The position numbers were made by a program, and so were the translations under genes. Shown here in pieces: positions 41,822 to 50,321 of a stretch of 64,000 bases of DNA (position 1 is its first letter; each line of letters begins with the position of its first letter). Under the pieces are notes generated by a model. It had not been told where the DNA came from. It saw only the letters and a program-made list of their open reading frames with translations, and searched no databases. The DNA is taken from assembly GCF_028368995.1 (NCBI RefSeq), contig NZ_JAQNDL010000005.1:608001-672000 (forward strand), read 5' to 3'. This stretch comes from Nannocystis bainbridge (GTDB lineage Bacteria > Myxococcota_A > Polyangia > Nannocystales > Nannocystaceae).

Positions 41822-42715
41822 GTGACCGCCGACCTCGTCTGGCTCGACGGCCAGCTCGTCCCGGCCGACGCCGCGCGCTTCGGCCTGCTCACTCACTCGC
41901 TGCACTACGGCACCGCCGTGTTCGACGGCGGGCGCCACTACCGGCTGGCCGACGGCGGCGTCGGCGTGTTCCGCCTCGACGACCACGTGCGGCGCTTCCT
42001 CGCCAGCGCCGCCGCCCTGTGGATGCCGCTGCCCTGGACCGCCCTGCAGCTGCGCGACGCCACCCTCGCCGTCGTGCGCGCCAGCGGTCGCGGCGACGGC
42101 TACGTCCGCCAGCTCGCCTTTTACGGCGACGCCCGCATCGGCCTCGGCGCTCGCAACCCCGTCCACGTCGCGGTCATGGCCTGGGACCCGAGCGGCTCGC
42201 CCGGCGCCCACGTCCGCGTGCGCATCGCCTCCATCGGCCACGGCGCCGGATGGATCCCCACTGCCAAGCACGCCGGGCACTACGGCCGCGCCTTTTTGGC
42301 CCTGCGCGAGGCCGAGGCCTCTGGCCACGACGACGCCCTCTTCCTCGGCGACGACGGCACCGTCGTCGAGGCCACCGGCGCCAACCTCTTCCTCGTCCGC
42401 GACGGTCGCCTCGTCACGCCTCCCGATCATCAGCCGCTCTTGCCCGGCTTCACCCGCGCCACCGTGCTCGCCCTCGCCGCCGACCTCGGCATCCCCGTGC
42501 TCGAGGCCCCTGTCCCGCGGCATCACCTGTTCGCCGCCGACGAGGTCTTCCTCGCCAACAGCGCCGCCGAGCTGCGCCCCGTCGTGCTCGTCGAGGGCCG
42601 GCCCTTGCCCGCGCCCGGCCCCGTCACCGCGCAGCTCGTCGCCCGCTACCACGCCGTCGTGCGCGGCGAGGATCCGCGGCATCGATCGTGGATCGCCCGC
42701 GTGGAGGCCCCATGA
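41822..42715 (+). CDS. Class IV PLP aminotransferase (branched-chain amino acid aminotransferase-like)
   Basis: VWLDG, LHYGTAVFDG, AKHAGHY (PLP lysine), EATGANLF, LPGFTR and ADEVFL. Confidence 0.88.
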   Translation: MTADLVWLDGQLVPADAARFGLLTHSLHYGTAVFDGGRHYRLADGGVGVFRLDDHVRRFLASAAALWMPLPWTALQLRDATLAVVRASGRGDGYVRQLAFYGDARIGLGARNPVHVAVMAWDPSGSPGAHVRVRIASIGHGAGWIPTAKHAGHYGRAFLALREAEASGHDDALFLGDDGTVVEATGANLFLVRDGRLVTPPDHQPLLPGFTRATVLALAADLGIPVLEAPVPRHHLFAADEVFLANSAAELRPVVLVEGRPLPAPGPVTAQLVARYHAVVRGEDPRHRSWIARVEAP

Positions 42716-43668
42716 TCGCCATCCTCGCCGCCAACGTGCGCGCCGCGCTCGGCGATCGCTCGCCCAAGATCACCGCTGACGCCGCCCAGGCCCTCGCGCG
42801 GCTCGCCGACCGCGCCTTCGCCGGCGACGACTACGCCGCCGGCGTCTATCACGGCCTCGTCTGGGACCTGCACGCCGACCCCGACCCGCGCACCTACGCC
42901 GTGCGGCGCTACCTCGTCGAGACCGGCTACGCCGTCGAGGAGGCCCACGTCCCGCGCCTCCCCGAAGCGCCTCTGCTCGCCCCCGATGCCTTGCTCGCGC
43001 GCCTGCAGGCCGAGCAGAACCAGCGCACCGGCCTGCGCCACCCGATGTCCGAGCACCTGTTCCACGGCCGGCCCAGCCTCGCCGACCTCAAGATCTACCT
43101 GCGGCATCACTGGCACCGCTCGCGCCTCTTCTACCGCGAGCTGACCGAGCTCGCCCTCAGCTGTCCCTTGGGCCATGCCAGCGTCCTGCACCGCAACCTC
43201 TACGACGAGACCGGCGGCGAGCACGGCGCCCAGGCTCACCCCGTCCTGCTGCAGCGGCTCCTGCGTCACTTCGATCTCCCGCACGGCTTCGACGATCGCC
43301 CCGCGCTGCCCGAGGCCCACGCCTACCTCAACAACCGCATCCGCTGCGCCCGTCACCCCAACCTCGCCTGGGGCCTCGCGGTCCTGTTCTCGCTCGAGGC
43401 CGGCACCCCCGCCACCCACGGCAACATCCACGCGCTGCTGCAGCGCTTCGATGTCCCCGAGCATGCCCGCGAGTTCCACCGCGTGCACATGAGCGCCGAC
43501 GTCGAGCACGCGCGCGAGACCGCCGAGCTGATCGGCGCCGTCATTCAGAGCCCCGCGGATCAGGCGATCCTGTTCGCCTCGCTCCGCTACCACCGCGCTT
43601 TGGGCCAGCGCTACTTCGACGCCATCTGGCGCGAGATGCAGGCCACGCATGACGACCGCGACCGGTGA
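42712..43668 (+). CDS. Heme-oxygenase-like diiron oxidase (HDO, iron-containing redox enzyme)
   Basis: ATGA overlap with the upstream stop and GGAGG RBS. Motifs HP, NLYDETG...H, SLE and FHRVHMSADVEH. Confidence 0.8.
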   Translation: MIAILAANVRAALGDRSPKITADAAQALARLADRAFAGDDYAAGVYHGLVWDLHADPDPRTYAVRRYLVETGYAVEEAHVPRLPEAPLLAPDALLARLQAEQNQRTGLRHPMSEHLFHGRPSLADLKIYLRHHWHRSRLFYRELTELALSCPLGHASVLHRNLYDETGGEHGAQAHPVLLQRLLRHFDLPHGFDDRPALPEAHAYLNNRIRCARHPNLAWGLAVLFSLEAGTPATHGNIHALLQRFDVPEHAREFHRVHMSADVEHARETAELIGAVIQSPADQAILFASLRYHRALGQRYFDAIWREMQATHDDRDR

Positions 43669-44695
43669 GAAGCTCCTCCTCGAACTGCTCGACGGCTTCC
43701 TCGGCAGCAAGCTGCTGATGACCGCCTACAAGCTCGACCTCTTCACCGCCGCCCGGGCCCCGATCGCCCGCGAGGCCCTGCGCGCCGCCAAGGGCCTGCC
43801 CGAGCGCTCCTTCAAGATCGTCGTCGACGGCTGCGTCGCCCTCGGCCTGCTGCACGAGGACGAAGACGGCCTCGTCACCCCGCCCGCGCTCGCTCCCTTC
43901 CTCGTGCGCGCCCCCGACCGGCCGTTTCAGACCACCACCTACTTGCTCGAGTACTACGACGAGGTCTACCGCGCCCTCGCCGACATGGACGCGCTCGTGC
44001 GCAGCGACGGCGCCGCCTCCCCGTTCAAAATGCGCGACTACTTCAAGGACGACGTCGCCGCCGTCGACCCGCAGGTCGCCGCCGAGTATTCGCGCTACAT
44101 GGACGCCACGATCGCCCGGATCGTCGAGGTCGTGCTCGCCACCTATCCTTTCGGACAGCACCGCAAGCTGCTCGATCTGTGCGGCAACACCGGCAGCTTC
44201 TGCGCCGCCATCGTCGCCGCCACCCCCGGGCTTCACGGCGCCTTCCTCGACGTGCCCGCCTGCGTCGACATCGGCCGCCGCCAGCTCGCCGACCGCCCCG
44301 AGCTCGCGGGCCGCGTCGAAGCGATCGCCGGCGACGTGTTCCGCACCCCGCTGCCGCCCGACTGCGACGTCATCACCATGTGCCGCTCGGCCATGGACTG
44401 GGGCGACGAGCGCATCGGCGCCGTCTACCGCCGCGCCCACGAGGCCTTGCCCGCCGGCGGCCGCTTCCTCGTCATCGAGCGCATGCTGCCCGAGCGCGTC
44501 CTGCCCGAGGCCCTGCCGATGTACCTGCGCGGCGTCTACTTCCTCGCCAAATCGGAGAGCACCCGCTACCGCTCGCCGCGCGAGCACCTCGCCCTGCTGC
44601 AGGCCGCCGGCTTCACCGCGATCGAAGAGCTCGAGCCCCCGCGCGCTCCCTACGAGTTCTTCCAGTCGATGCGGATCCTCGTCGCCACCAAGTGA
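43649..44695 (+). CDS. SAM-dependent methyltransferase (family 2, with dimerisation domain)
   Basis: N-terminal wHTH-like LDLF..., LLDLCGNTG, GDVF, MDW and LPAGGRFLVIE. Confidence 0.82.
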   Translation: MTTATGEKLLLELLDGFLGSKLLMTAYKLDLFTAARAPIAREALRAAKGLPERSFKIVVDGCVALGLLHEDEDGLVTPPALAPFLVRAPDRPFQTTTYLLEYYDEVYRALADMDALVRSDGAASPFKMRDYFKDDVAAVDPQVAAEYSRYMDATIARIVEVVLATYPFGQHRKLLDLCGNTGSFCAAIVAATPGLHGAFLDVPACVDIGRRQLADRPELAGRVEAIAGDVFRTPLPPDCDVITMCRSAMDWGDERIGAVYRRAHEALPAGGRFLVIERMLPERVLPEALPMYLRGVYFLAKSESTRYRSPREHLALLQAAGFTAIEELEPPRAPYEFFQSMRILVATK

Positions 44696-44744
44696 TTCTT
44701 TCACGGGACGCTCGCACGACCTCATCGCTCGCTCGCACGACGTG

Positions 44745-45854
44745 ATGCCTACCCCGCTGCCCAGCCTCGCCGCGATCGCCCGCGTCCCGCACGACCTGCT
44801 GGCCGCCGCCGTCGCGCTCTGCCTCGATCCCGTCGCCCTCCCGGTCCTGCTGCAGGCCCTCGACCTCGACCTGCTCTCCCGCCTCGCCCGCGGCCCCGCC
44901 ACGCTCGGCGAGCTCGCCGATGGCACCGGCGACGTCGCCCTCGAGATGACCCTCGAGCTCGGCCGCGGCTTCGGCCTGTTCACGCTGTGCGACGATCGCC
45001 ACGGCCTCACCGACCTCGCCACCACTTGCTTCCTCGCCACCTCCCCGCTGCGCCTGCTCGGCCTCGTCGATCGTCACCGCCGCTACGTCGCCGCCATCGC
45101 GGCCCTGCCTGACGCCTTACACAGCACCCCGCGTGCCGACCGACGCGTGTGGTCGCAGCAGGCCGACCAGGGCGCCCAGGCCGACTACTTCCGCGCCCGC
45201 GCCGGCTTCAACGAGGCCAGCCGCGACTACTTCCGCGACACCGCGGCCCTGCTCGCGCGCGCCCACTGCGAGCGCGACCTCGCGGCGCACCGCGTCGTCT
45301 GCGACATCGGGGCCGGGCCCGCGGCCTTCGCCGCCATCCTCAAGTCCGCCGCGCCGCACCTGCAGGTCCACGCCGCCGAGGTCACCTACAAAGATCCCGC
45401 CTACCTCGCCACCACCGCCGCCGACCTGCAGGGCCTCGAAGTCGCGCTGCACCCCGTCAACGTCCTGCACGAGCCGCTCCCGCCGGCCATCGATCTGCTG
45501 ACCGCCAACCGCCTGTTCTCCGGCCTCGGCCGCGACGGCGCCGAGGGCTGGGCCCGCCGCCTGCACGCCGCCCTCGCCCCGGGCGGCACGCTCGCCCTCG
45601 TCGATTTTTTCGCCACCGGCGAGCCCGCCCACGATCGCTCCGTCGCCGCCCTCGTGGCCCTGTGGATGGCCTGGAACCGCCACGAGCTGCAGCGCGCCCC
45701 GATCGTCGAAGCCCACGACGATCGCCGCGCCTGGGGCTGGAACCCGCCGTGGCGCTGCGACGAGCTCTCCGACCTGCTCGCGCGCGTCGGCTTCCGCGAC
45801 GTGCGCTCGCGCAGCGTCGTCCCCCCGTTCGCCCTCGTCGAGGCCCGCAAGTGA
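44745..45854 (+). CDS. Divergent SAM-dependent methyltransferase
   Basis: ALDLDLLSRLARGPATLGELA wHTH-like segment, CDIGAGP, ALAPGGTLALVDF and VGF. Confidence 0.75.
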   Translation: MPTPLPSLAAIARVPHDLLAAAVALCLDPVALPVLLQALDLDLLSRLARGPATLGELADGTGDVALEMTLELGRGFGLFTLCDDRHGLTDLATTCFLATSPLRLLGLVDRHRRYVAAIAALPDALHSTPRADRRVWSQQADQGAQADYFRARAGFNEASRDYFRDTAALLARAHCERDLAAHRVVCDIGAGPAAFAAILKSAAPHLQVHAAEVTYKDPAYLATTAADLQGLEVALHPVNVLHEPLPPAIDLLTANRLFSGLGRDGAEGWARRLHAALAPGGTLALVDFFATGEPAHDRSVAALVALWMAWNRHELQRAPIVEAHDDRRAWGWNPPWRCDELSDLLARVGFRDVRSRSVVPPFALVEARK

Positions 45855-45965
45855 TCTCGCGCGACCCCACGCCCTGATCGCCGTGCTTCCACGGTATCGC
45901 AGGCACGCTCCCGGCCGCCTCACGCCTCGCCGCTCCGCCCGCCTCCTTCTGCCTCGAGCTTCGCA

Positions 45966-47783
45966 GTGACCACCGACCCCACGCCCGTGCGCTGCTGCGA
46001 CGTCGTCTGCCGCGACCTCGCCCTCGACAACGTGCTCGTGCACGGCGTCCACAGCCGCGAAGCTCGGGTCGTCGCCCGCGACGCCGCCGAGGCCCTGCTG
46101 GCCGCGCGCCGCTTCCGCCCGCTCGCCGAGCACATCGACCTCGCCACCCGCGGTCGCCCGGCCGAGGAGGCCGCCAACATCGGGAGCGGCCTGCTCGCGC
46201 TCGCCGAAGCCGGCATGTTCGTCTCCTTCGCCGAGCTCCGGCGCGTCTGCGTGCGCGACGACGAGCCCCCGCCGATCGACCTCGTCGCCGTCCCCAGCGC
46301 CGAGCGCCCCGCCATGGCCGAGCGCGCCGTCGCCTCGCTGATCGCCGACGGCCAGCGGTTCGCGCGCGACCGCGAGCTCGTCGTCGCCGACGGCTCGCGC
46401 GATCCGGCCACCCGCGCCGACTATCGCGCCCGCCTCGGCGCCCTCGCGCGCGCCCACGCGGCCCGGATCACCTACATCGGCGACGACGAGCGCCGCGTCT
46501 TCGTCGAGCGCCTGGCCGCGCGCGGTCACGACCCCGACCTCGTCGCCTTCGCCCTCGCCGACCGCGAGCACACCGGCATGGCCTATGGGACAGGTCGCAA
46601 CGCCCTCCTGCTCCACGCCGTCGGCCGCCGGCTCGTCAGCCTCGACGACGACGTGATCGCCCGCCGCGTCGACCCGCCCGAGCCGCTGCCCGGCCTCGCC
46701 GTGTTCACCGGCGAAGGCGAGGGCTACGACAACTACCAGCCGCAGGACATCCGCTTCTACCCCCACCGCGCCGCCGCCCACGCCGACGCGCGCTGGTCGC
46801 ACGACGAGGCCCTCGGAGGCCACGCCGGCATGCTCGGCCGCTCCCTGCCTGCCCTGCTCGCCGCCGTGCCCGCCGGCCAGCCGATCGACCTCGACGACTG
46901 CCTCGACCGCGCCATCCTCCGCCGCCTGCGGGCCGGCCAGGGCCGCGTGCGCGTCACCTTCCAGGGCCTCCTCGGCGACCTCGGCTGGTACGCCCCGACC
47001 TGGTGCCTCCTCTTCGAAGGCGACAACCGCCAGCGCCTGCTCGCCAGCGAGGACGACTACCGCCGCGTCCTCGCCTCCACGCGTCAGGCCCTGCGCCTGG
47101 TCCGCCGCGCCACCGTCGGCGACGGCCGCTACTGCCAGGGCGCCGTGCTCGGCCTCGACCACCGCGACCTCCTGCCGCCGTTTATCCCCGTCGGCCGCTA
47201 CGAGGACGGCGTGTTCCGCACCACCCTGCGCGCCCTCGACGACACCGCGCTCTTCGGACATGTCCCTTCGGCCCTGGTCCATGAGCCATGTCAGGAGCGC
47301 GCCTGGGCCCCCGGCGACGTCTGGCGCCCCGGCGGCTGGGTCCGCTTCGGCGAGCTCGTCGTCCAGTGCCTGCGGTCCGCCCCGGCGCCGACCACCCCCG
47401 CGCGGCTCGGCGAGCACCTCGGCGAGCTCGGGCGGCTCCCGCCCGCCGATTTCCGCGCCTTCGTCTCCGGCCGGCTGTGGCGGCAGAAGGAGCTCTACGC
47501 CCGCCACCTGCAGCGCCTGCTCGCCCGCCACGGCGGCGCGCCCGCCTGGTGGGCCGACGACGTGCGGCGCCACCTCGGCGCGGTGGCCGAGCACGCCGCC
47601 CACCGCGACTATCCGGCCCCGCGCGACCTCCTCGGTGAAGCCGGCGACCCCGACCGCGCCCTCGCCCGCGCCCAGCAGCTCGTCGCCCGCTTCGGCGCGC
47701 TGCTGGCCGCCTGGCCCGACATTCGCGCCACCGCTGCCGAGCTCGCCCGCGCCGGCCACCCGCTCGGCGCCCCGCTCGCGTAA
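45966..47783 (+). CDS. GT-A (GT2-like) fold protein with N-terminal wHTH/RRE-like domain
   Basis: VPSAERP, VVADGS, GTGRN, SLDDD (DxD) and GRYED. Confidence 0.6.
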   Translation: MTTDPTPVRCCDVVCRDLALDNVLVHGVHSREARVVARDAAEALLAARRFRPLAEHIDLATRGRPAEEAANIGSGLLALAEAGMFVSFAELRRVCVRDDEPPPIDLVAVPSAERPAMAERAVASLIADGQRFARDRELVVADGSRDPATRADYRARLGALARAHAARITYIGDDERRVFVERLAARGHDPDLVAFALADREHTGMAYGTGRNALLLHAVGRRLVSLDDDVIARRVDPPEPLPGLAVFTGEGEGYDNYQPQDIRFYPHRAAAHADARWSHDEALGGHAGMLGRSLPALLAAVPAGQPIDLDDCLDRAILRRLRAGQGRVRVTFQGLLGDLGWYAPTWCLLFEGDNRQRLLASEDDYRRVLASTRQALRLVRRATVGDGRYCQGAVLGLDHRDLLPPFIPVGRYEDGVFRTTLRALDDTALFGHVPSALVHEPCQERAWAPGDVWRPGGWVRFGELVVQCLRSAPAPTTPARLGEHLGELGRLPPADFRAFVSGRLWRQKELYARHLQRLLARHGGAPAWWADDVRRHLGAVAEHAAHRDYPAPRDLLGEAGDPDRALARAQQLVARFGALLAAWPDIRATAAELARAGHPLGAPLA

Positions 47784-48735
47784 TCATCGCTCCTGCGGAT
47801 TCACCGCGGAGCCCCGGGCGCGCTCCCAGATCCGCCGGAGAACATCGTAAGTCGAGGGAAGGTCCCCGCGGCAGCGACAGCGCCGACGAGGCGCCCCATT
47901 CTCCGGGGCATGACCGGACCGCAGCGAATCGCAGCAGCACGCGCGTTCGCCTGCGGACGGCCCACGAACCGCGATTACGCGCCTCTCTTCGTCAGGCCGG
48001 CTTGTAAATCGTCGCCGTCGGCCGGTCCCACCGCCATGCCCGCGAGCGGCGATCTCCCGACAATGTCCGCAGTCAATGCCCGCAGCAGCGCGGGCGCCCG
48101 ATCGCTGCGATCGGCGTCGCGGCCGCCCCGCCGCCTCGTCGCCGATGTAAGCCCAATCGCTACCTCCCGCCGCCTTTCGGCGAAACACCGTCGCAAATGT
48201 GGGCAGGACCCGCGAGGCGCCCACATCACCCGCCGCCGCGCCCGGCCGACGGGTGTTCACAACACCACGCGCTCGCCCCATCGCCTCCGGCGTGAACAAT
48301 CGCCGCACGCGGATCGAAACAATCGAGCCCCGTCGGCGCTCCGCCGGCTCGCCGCCGAATCATCGCTATCGCCGCGAGACCCCGGCTGCGGCCGCCAGGG
48401 CCCGCTGCGGGCCGCCGACTGCCACCAGTCCAATGGCGCGGTTCCGCGTCAGAACTCCACTTCGCACGACGCCGCAATGCCACCGCAAGCGCCGGCGGGC
48501 CCCTGTGGCCTGCGATCTTCATTGTCGCCTGTCGCCGTCGGATCCGGACAAACCGACTCTGCCGTAAGGTCACCGTGGTCCGCCCAATCGCATGTGTGGC
48601 GCCCGCAGCACCGGCGCCTGCTCTCTTTTTGGTTGCCTTCCACCGCGTTCCTCGCGATGATGAAAGCGCGTCGAAACGGCTAGCACTCGCTATCCGGGGG
48701 CCGCTCATGGCGAGCGGTCCCGCGAAGGAGTTGTC

Positions 48736-49101
48736 ATGGGTAATACATCGAATCAGATCAAGAAGGCCATGGAAATTGACGGGGCGATCGCCGCGGCGAT
48801 TGTCGATAGCGAGAGCGGCATGACGCTCGCCACCGCCGGTGGCGGCGCCGCGTTCGACATCGAGGTGGCCGCCGCCGCCAACACGAACGTCGTCCAGGCC
48901 AAGCTCAAGGCCATGGCGAGCCTGCGGCTCGCGGACGAGCTGGAGGACATCCTCATCACCCTCGGCAAGCAGTATCACATCATCCGCCCGCTGCGGCGCA
49001 CCCCGGCGGTCTTCTACTACCTCGCGTGCGAGCGCAGCCGGACCAACCTGGCGATGGCACGCCGGTCCCTGGCCGAGATCGAGCACGCGACGACGCTCTA
49101 G
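48736..49101 (+). CDS. Roadblock/LC7-like protein
   Basis: AAGGAG RBS. IDGAIAAAIVDSESGMTL...LEDILITLGKQYHIIRPL...NLAMAR. Confidence 0.8.
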   Translation: MGNTSNQIKKAMEIDGAIAAAIVDSESGMTLATAGGGAAFDIEVAAAANTNVVQAKLKAMASLRLADELEDILITLGKQYHIIRPLRRTPAVFYYLACERSRTNLAMARRSLAEIEHATTL

Positions 49102-49155
49102 GCCGATCCCGGACCGAAGCGTCGGCGTGACGGCCGTGCGCGCCGACGCTGCGCA

Positions 49156-50304
49156 TTGGAGGCGTTTACTTTGGCTTCGCTGTTTATCGTCGACGACGAT
49201 TCGCAGTTCCGCAGCGCCCTGACGCGCGAACTCGAGGGACGCGGCTTTCAGGTCGCCTCGGCCTCCTCGGTCCACTCTGCTCTGGCGGCTCTGGCGAAGC
49301 GCCCGGCCGACGTGGTCCTCACCGACCTGTGGCTGGGCGGTCCCGACGGCCTCGACCTGCTCAAGCTGCTCCCGAGCGTGTCGCGACGGTCGCGCACGAT
49401 CGTGATGAGCGCCCACGCCAGCGCGCGCGATCATCAAGTCGCCACCGAGCTGGGCGCCGTCGACATCCTCCTCAAGCCGTTCTCCTCGACCGAGCTGCTG
49501 CGATCGATCCAGAAGGCGATCGACTGCGAGACCGGCTTTCAGGGCAGCGTCCACGGCCTGTCGCTCATCGACATGGCGCAGATGTTCCACCTCTCGCAGC
49601 GCTCGGTCACCATCGTCGTCACCCACGCCGACCAGCCGTCGAGCAAGATCCACATCCGGCGCGGCGAGATCATCGACGCCGCCCACGGGTCCGCCTCCGG
49701 CTGCAGCGCCCTGCGGGCCATCCTCGCCAGCTCGTCCGGCACCCTCCACACCACCAGCCTCGAAGAGGACGTGGTCCCGACCATCGCCGCGCCCTTCGAC
49801 CAGCTGCTGCTCACCAGCCTGACCCAGCTCGACGAGGAGCAGCACGAGGAGCAGCGGGCCGCCGCCGGCGAGACCGTGTTCGAGTTCGAGGGCGTCGACG
49901 ACGACGAGCCCGCCGCCCCGCGCCCGGCCGCCGCGCCGACCCGCGTGCCTGCGCTCGACGCCGCTTGCCGCCGCCTCGGCGAGTCGGTCGACGGCGCGCT
50001 CGTCTGCGCCGTCGTCGACCTCGCCAGCGGCGACCTGCTCGGCTATCACGCGCGCCGCATCGGCGCCGTGCCGCTGACCGAAGCGGCGCTGGCGGCCGCC
50101 GGCGTCGCTCTGTTCGGCGGCCGGCTCGCGCTCGGTCGGCTGCAGGAGGTCCAGCTGACCGCCGCCGAGCACTACGTGTTCGCCAGGCGCCTCGCCGGCC
50201 GCGATTGGTCGCTCGTCCTCTGCACCGACCGATCGATCAGCATCGGCCTCGGGTGGGCGCAGCTGCGCGCGCAGATCGGCCTGGTCGAGTCGCTGGCGAC
50301 GTGA
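49156..50304 (+). CDS. Response regulator: receiver + DUF4388 + roadblock-like domain
   Basis: Receiver: IVDDD, LTDLWL and KPF. DUF4388: FQGSV..LSLIDMAQM...GEIIDA. C-terminal GALVCAVVDLASGDLLG...SIGLGW. Confidence 0.8.
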   Translation: MEAFTLASLFIVDDDSQFRSALTRELEGRGFQVASASSVHSALAALAKRPADVVLTDLWLGGPDGLDLLKLLPSVSRRSRTIVMSAHASARDHQVATELGAVDILLKPFSSTELLRSIQKAIDCETGFQGSVHGLSLIDMAQMFHLSQRSVTIVVTHADQPSSKIHIRRGEIIDAAHGSASGCSALRAILASSSGTLHTTSLEEDVVPTIAAPFDQLLLTSLTQLDEEQHEEQRAAAGETVFEFEGVDDDEPAAPRPAAAPTRVPALDAACRRLGESVDGALVCAVVDLASGDLLGYHARRIGAVPLTEAALAAAGVALFGGRLALGRLQEVQLTAAEHYVFARRLAGRDWSLVLCTDRSISIGLGWAQLRAQIGLVESLAT

Positions 50305-50321
50305 AGCAAGAGGAGACGGAC

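Noticed and set aside
48449-48643. 64-aa Cys-containing ORF as a RiPP precursor
   Set aside because: Non-ATG start, opposite strand to the operon, atypical codon usage and no leader/core pattern.
49329-50321. N-terminal extension of the 1360-aa GTPase ORF
   Set aside because: It overlaps the response regulator in another frame. The real start is the ATG at 50322 behind an AGGAG RBS.
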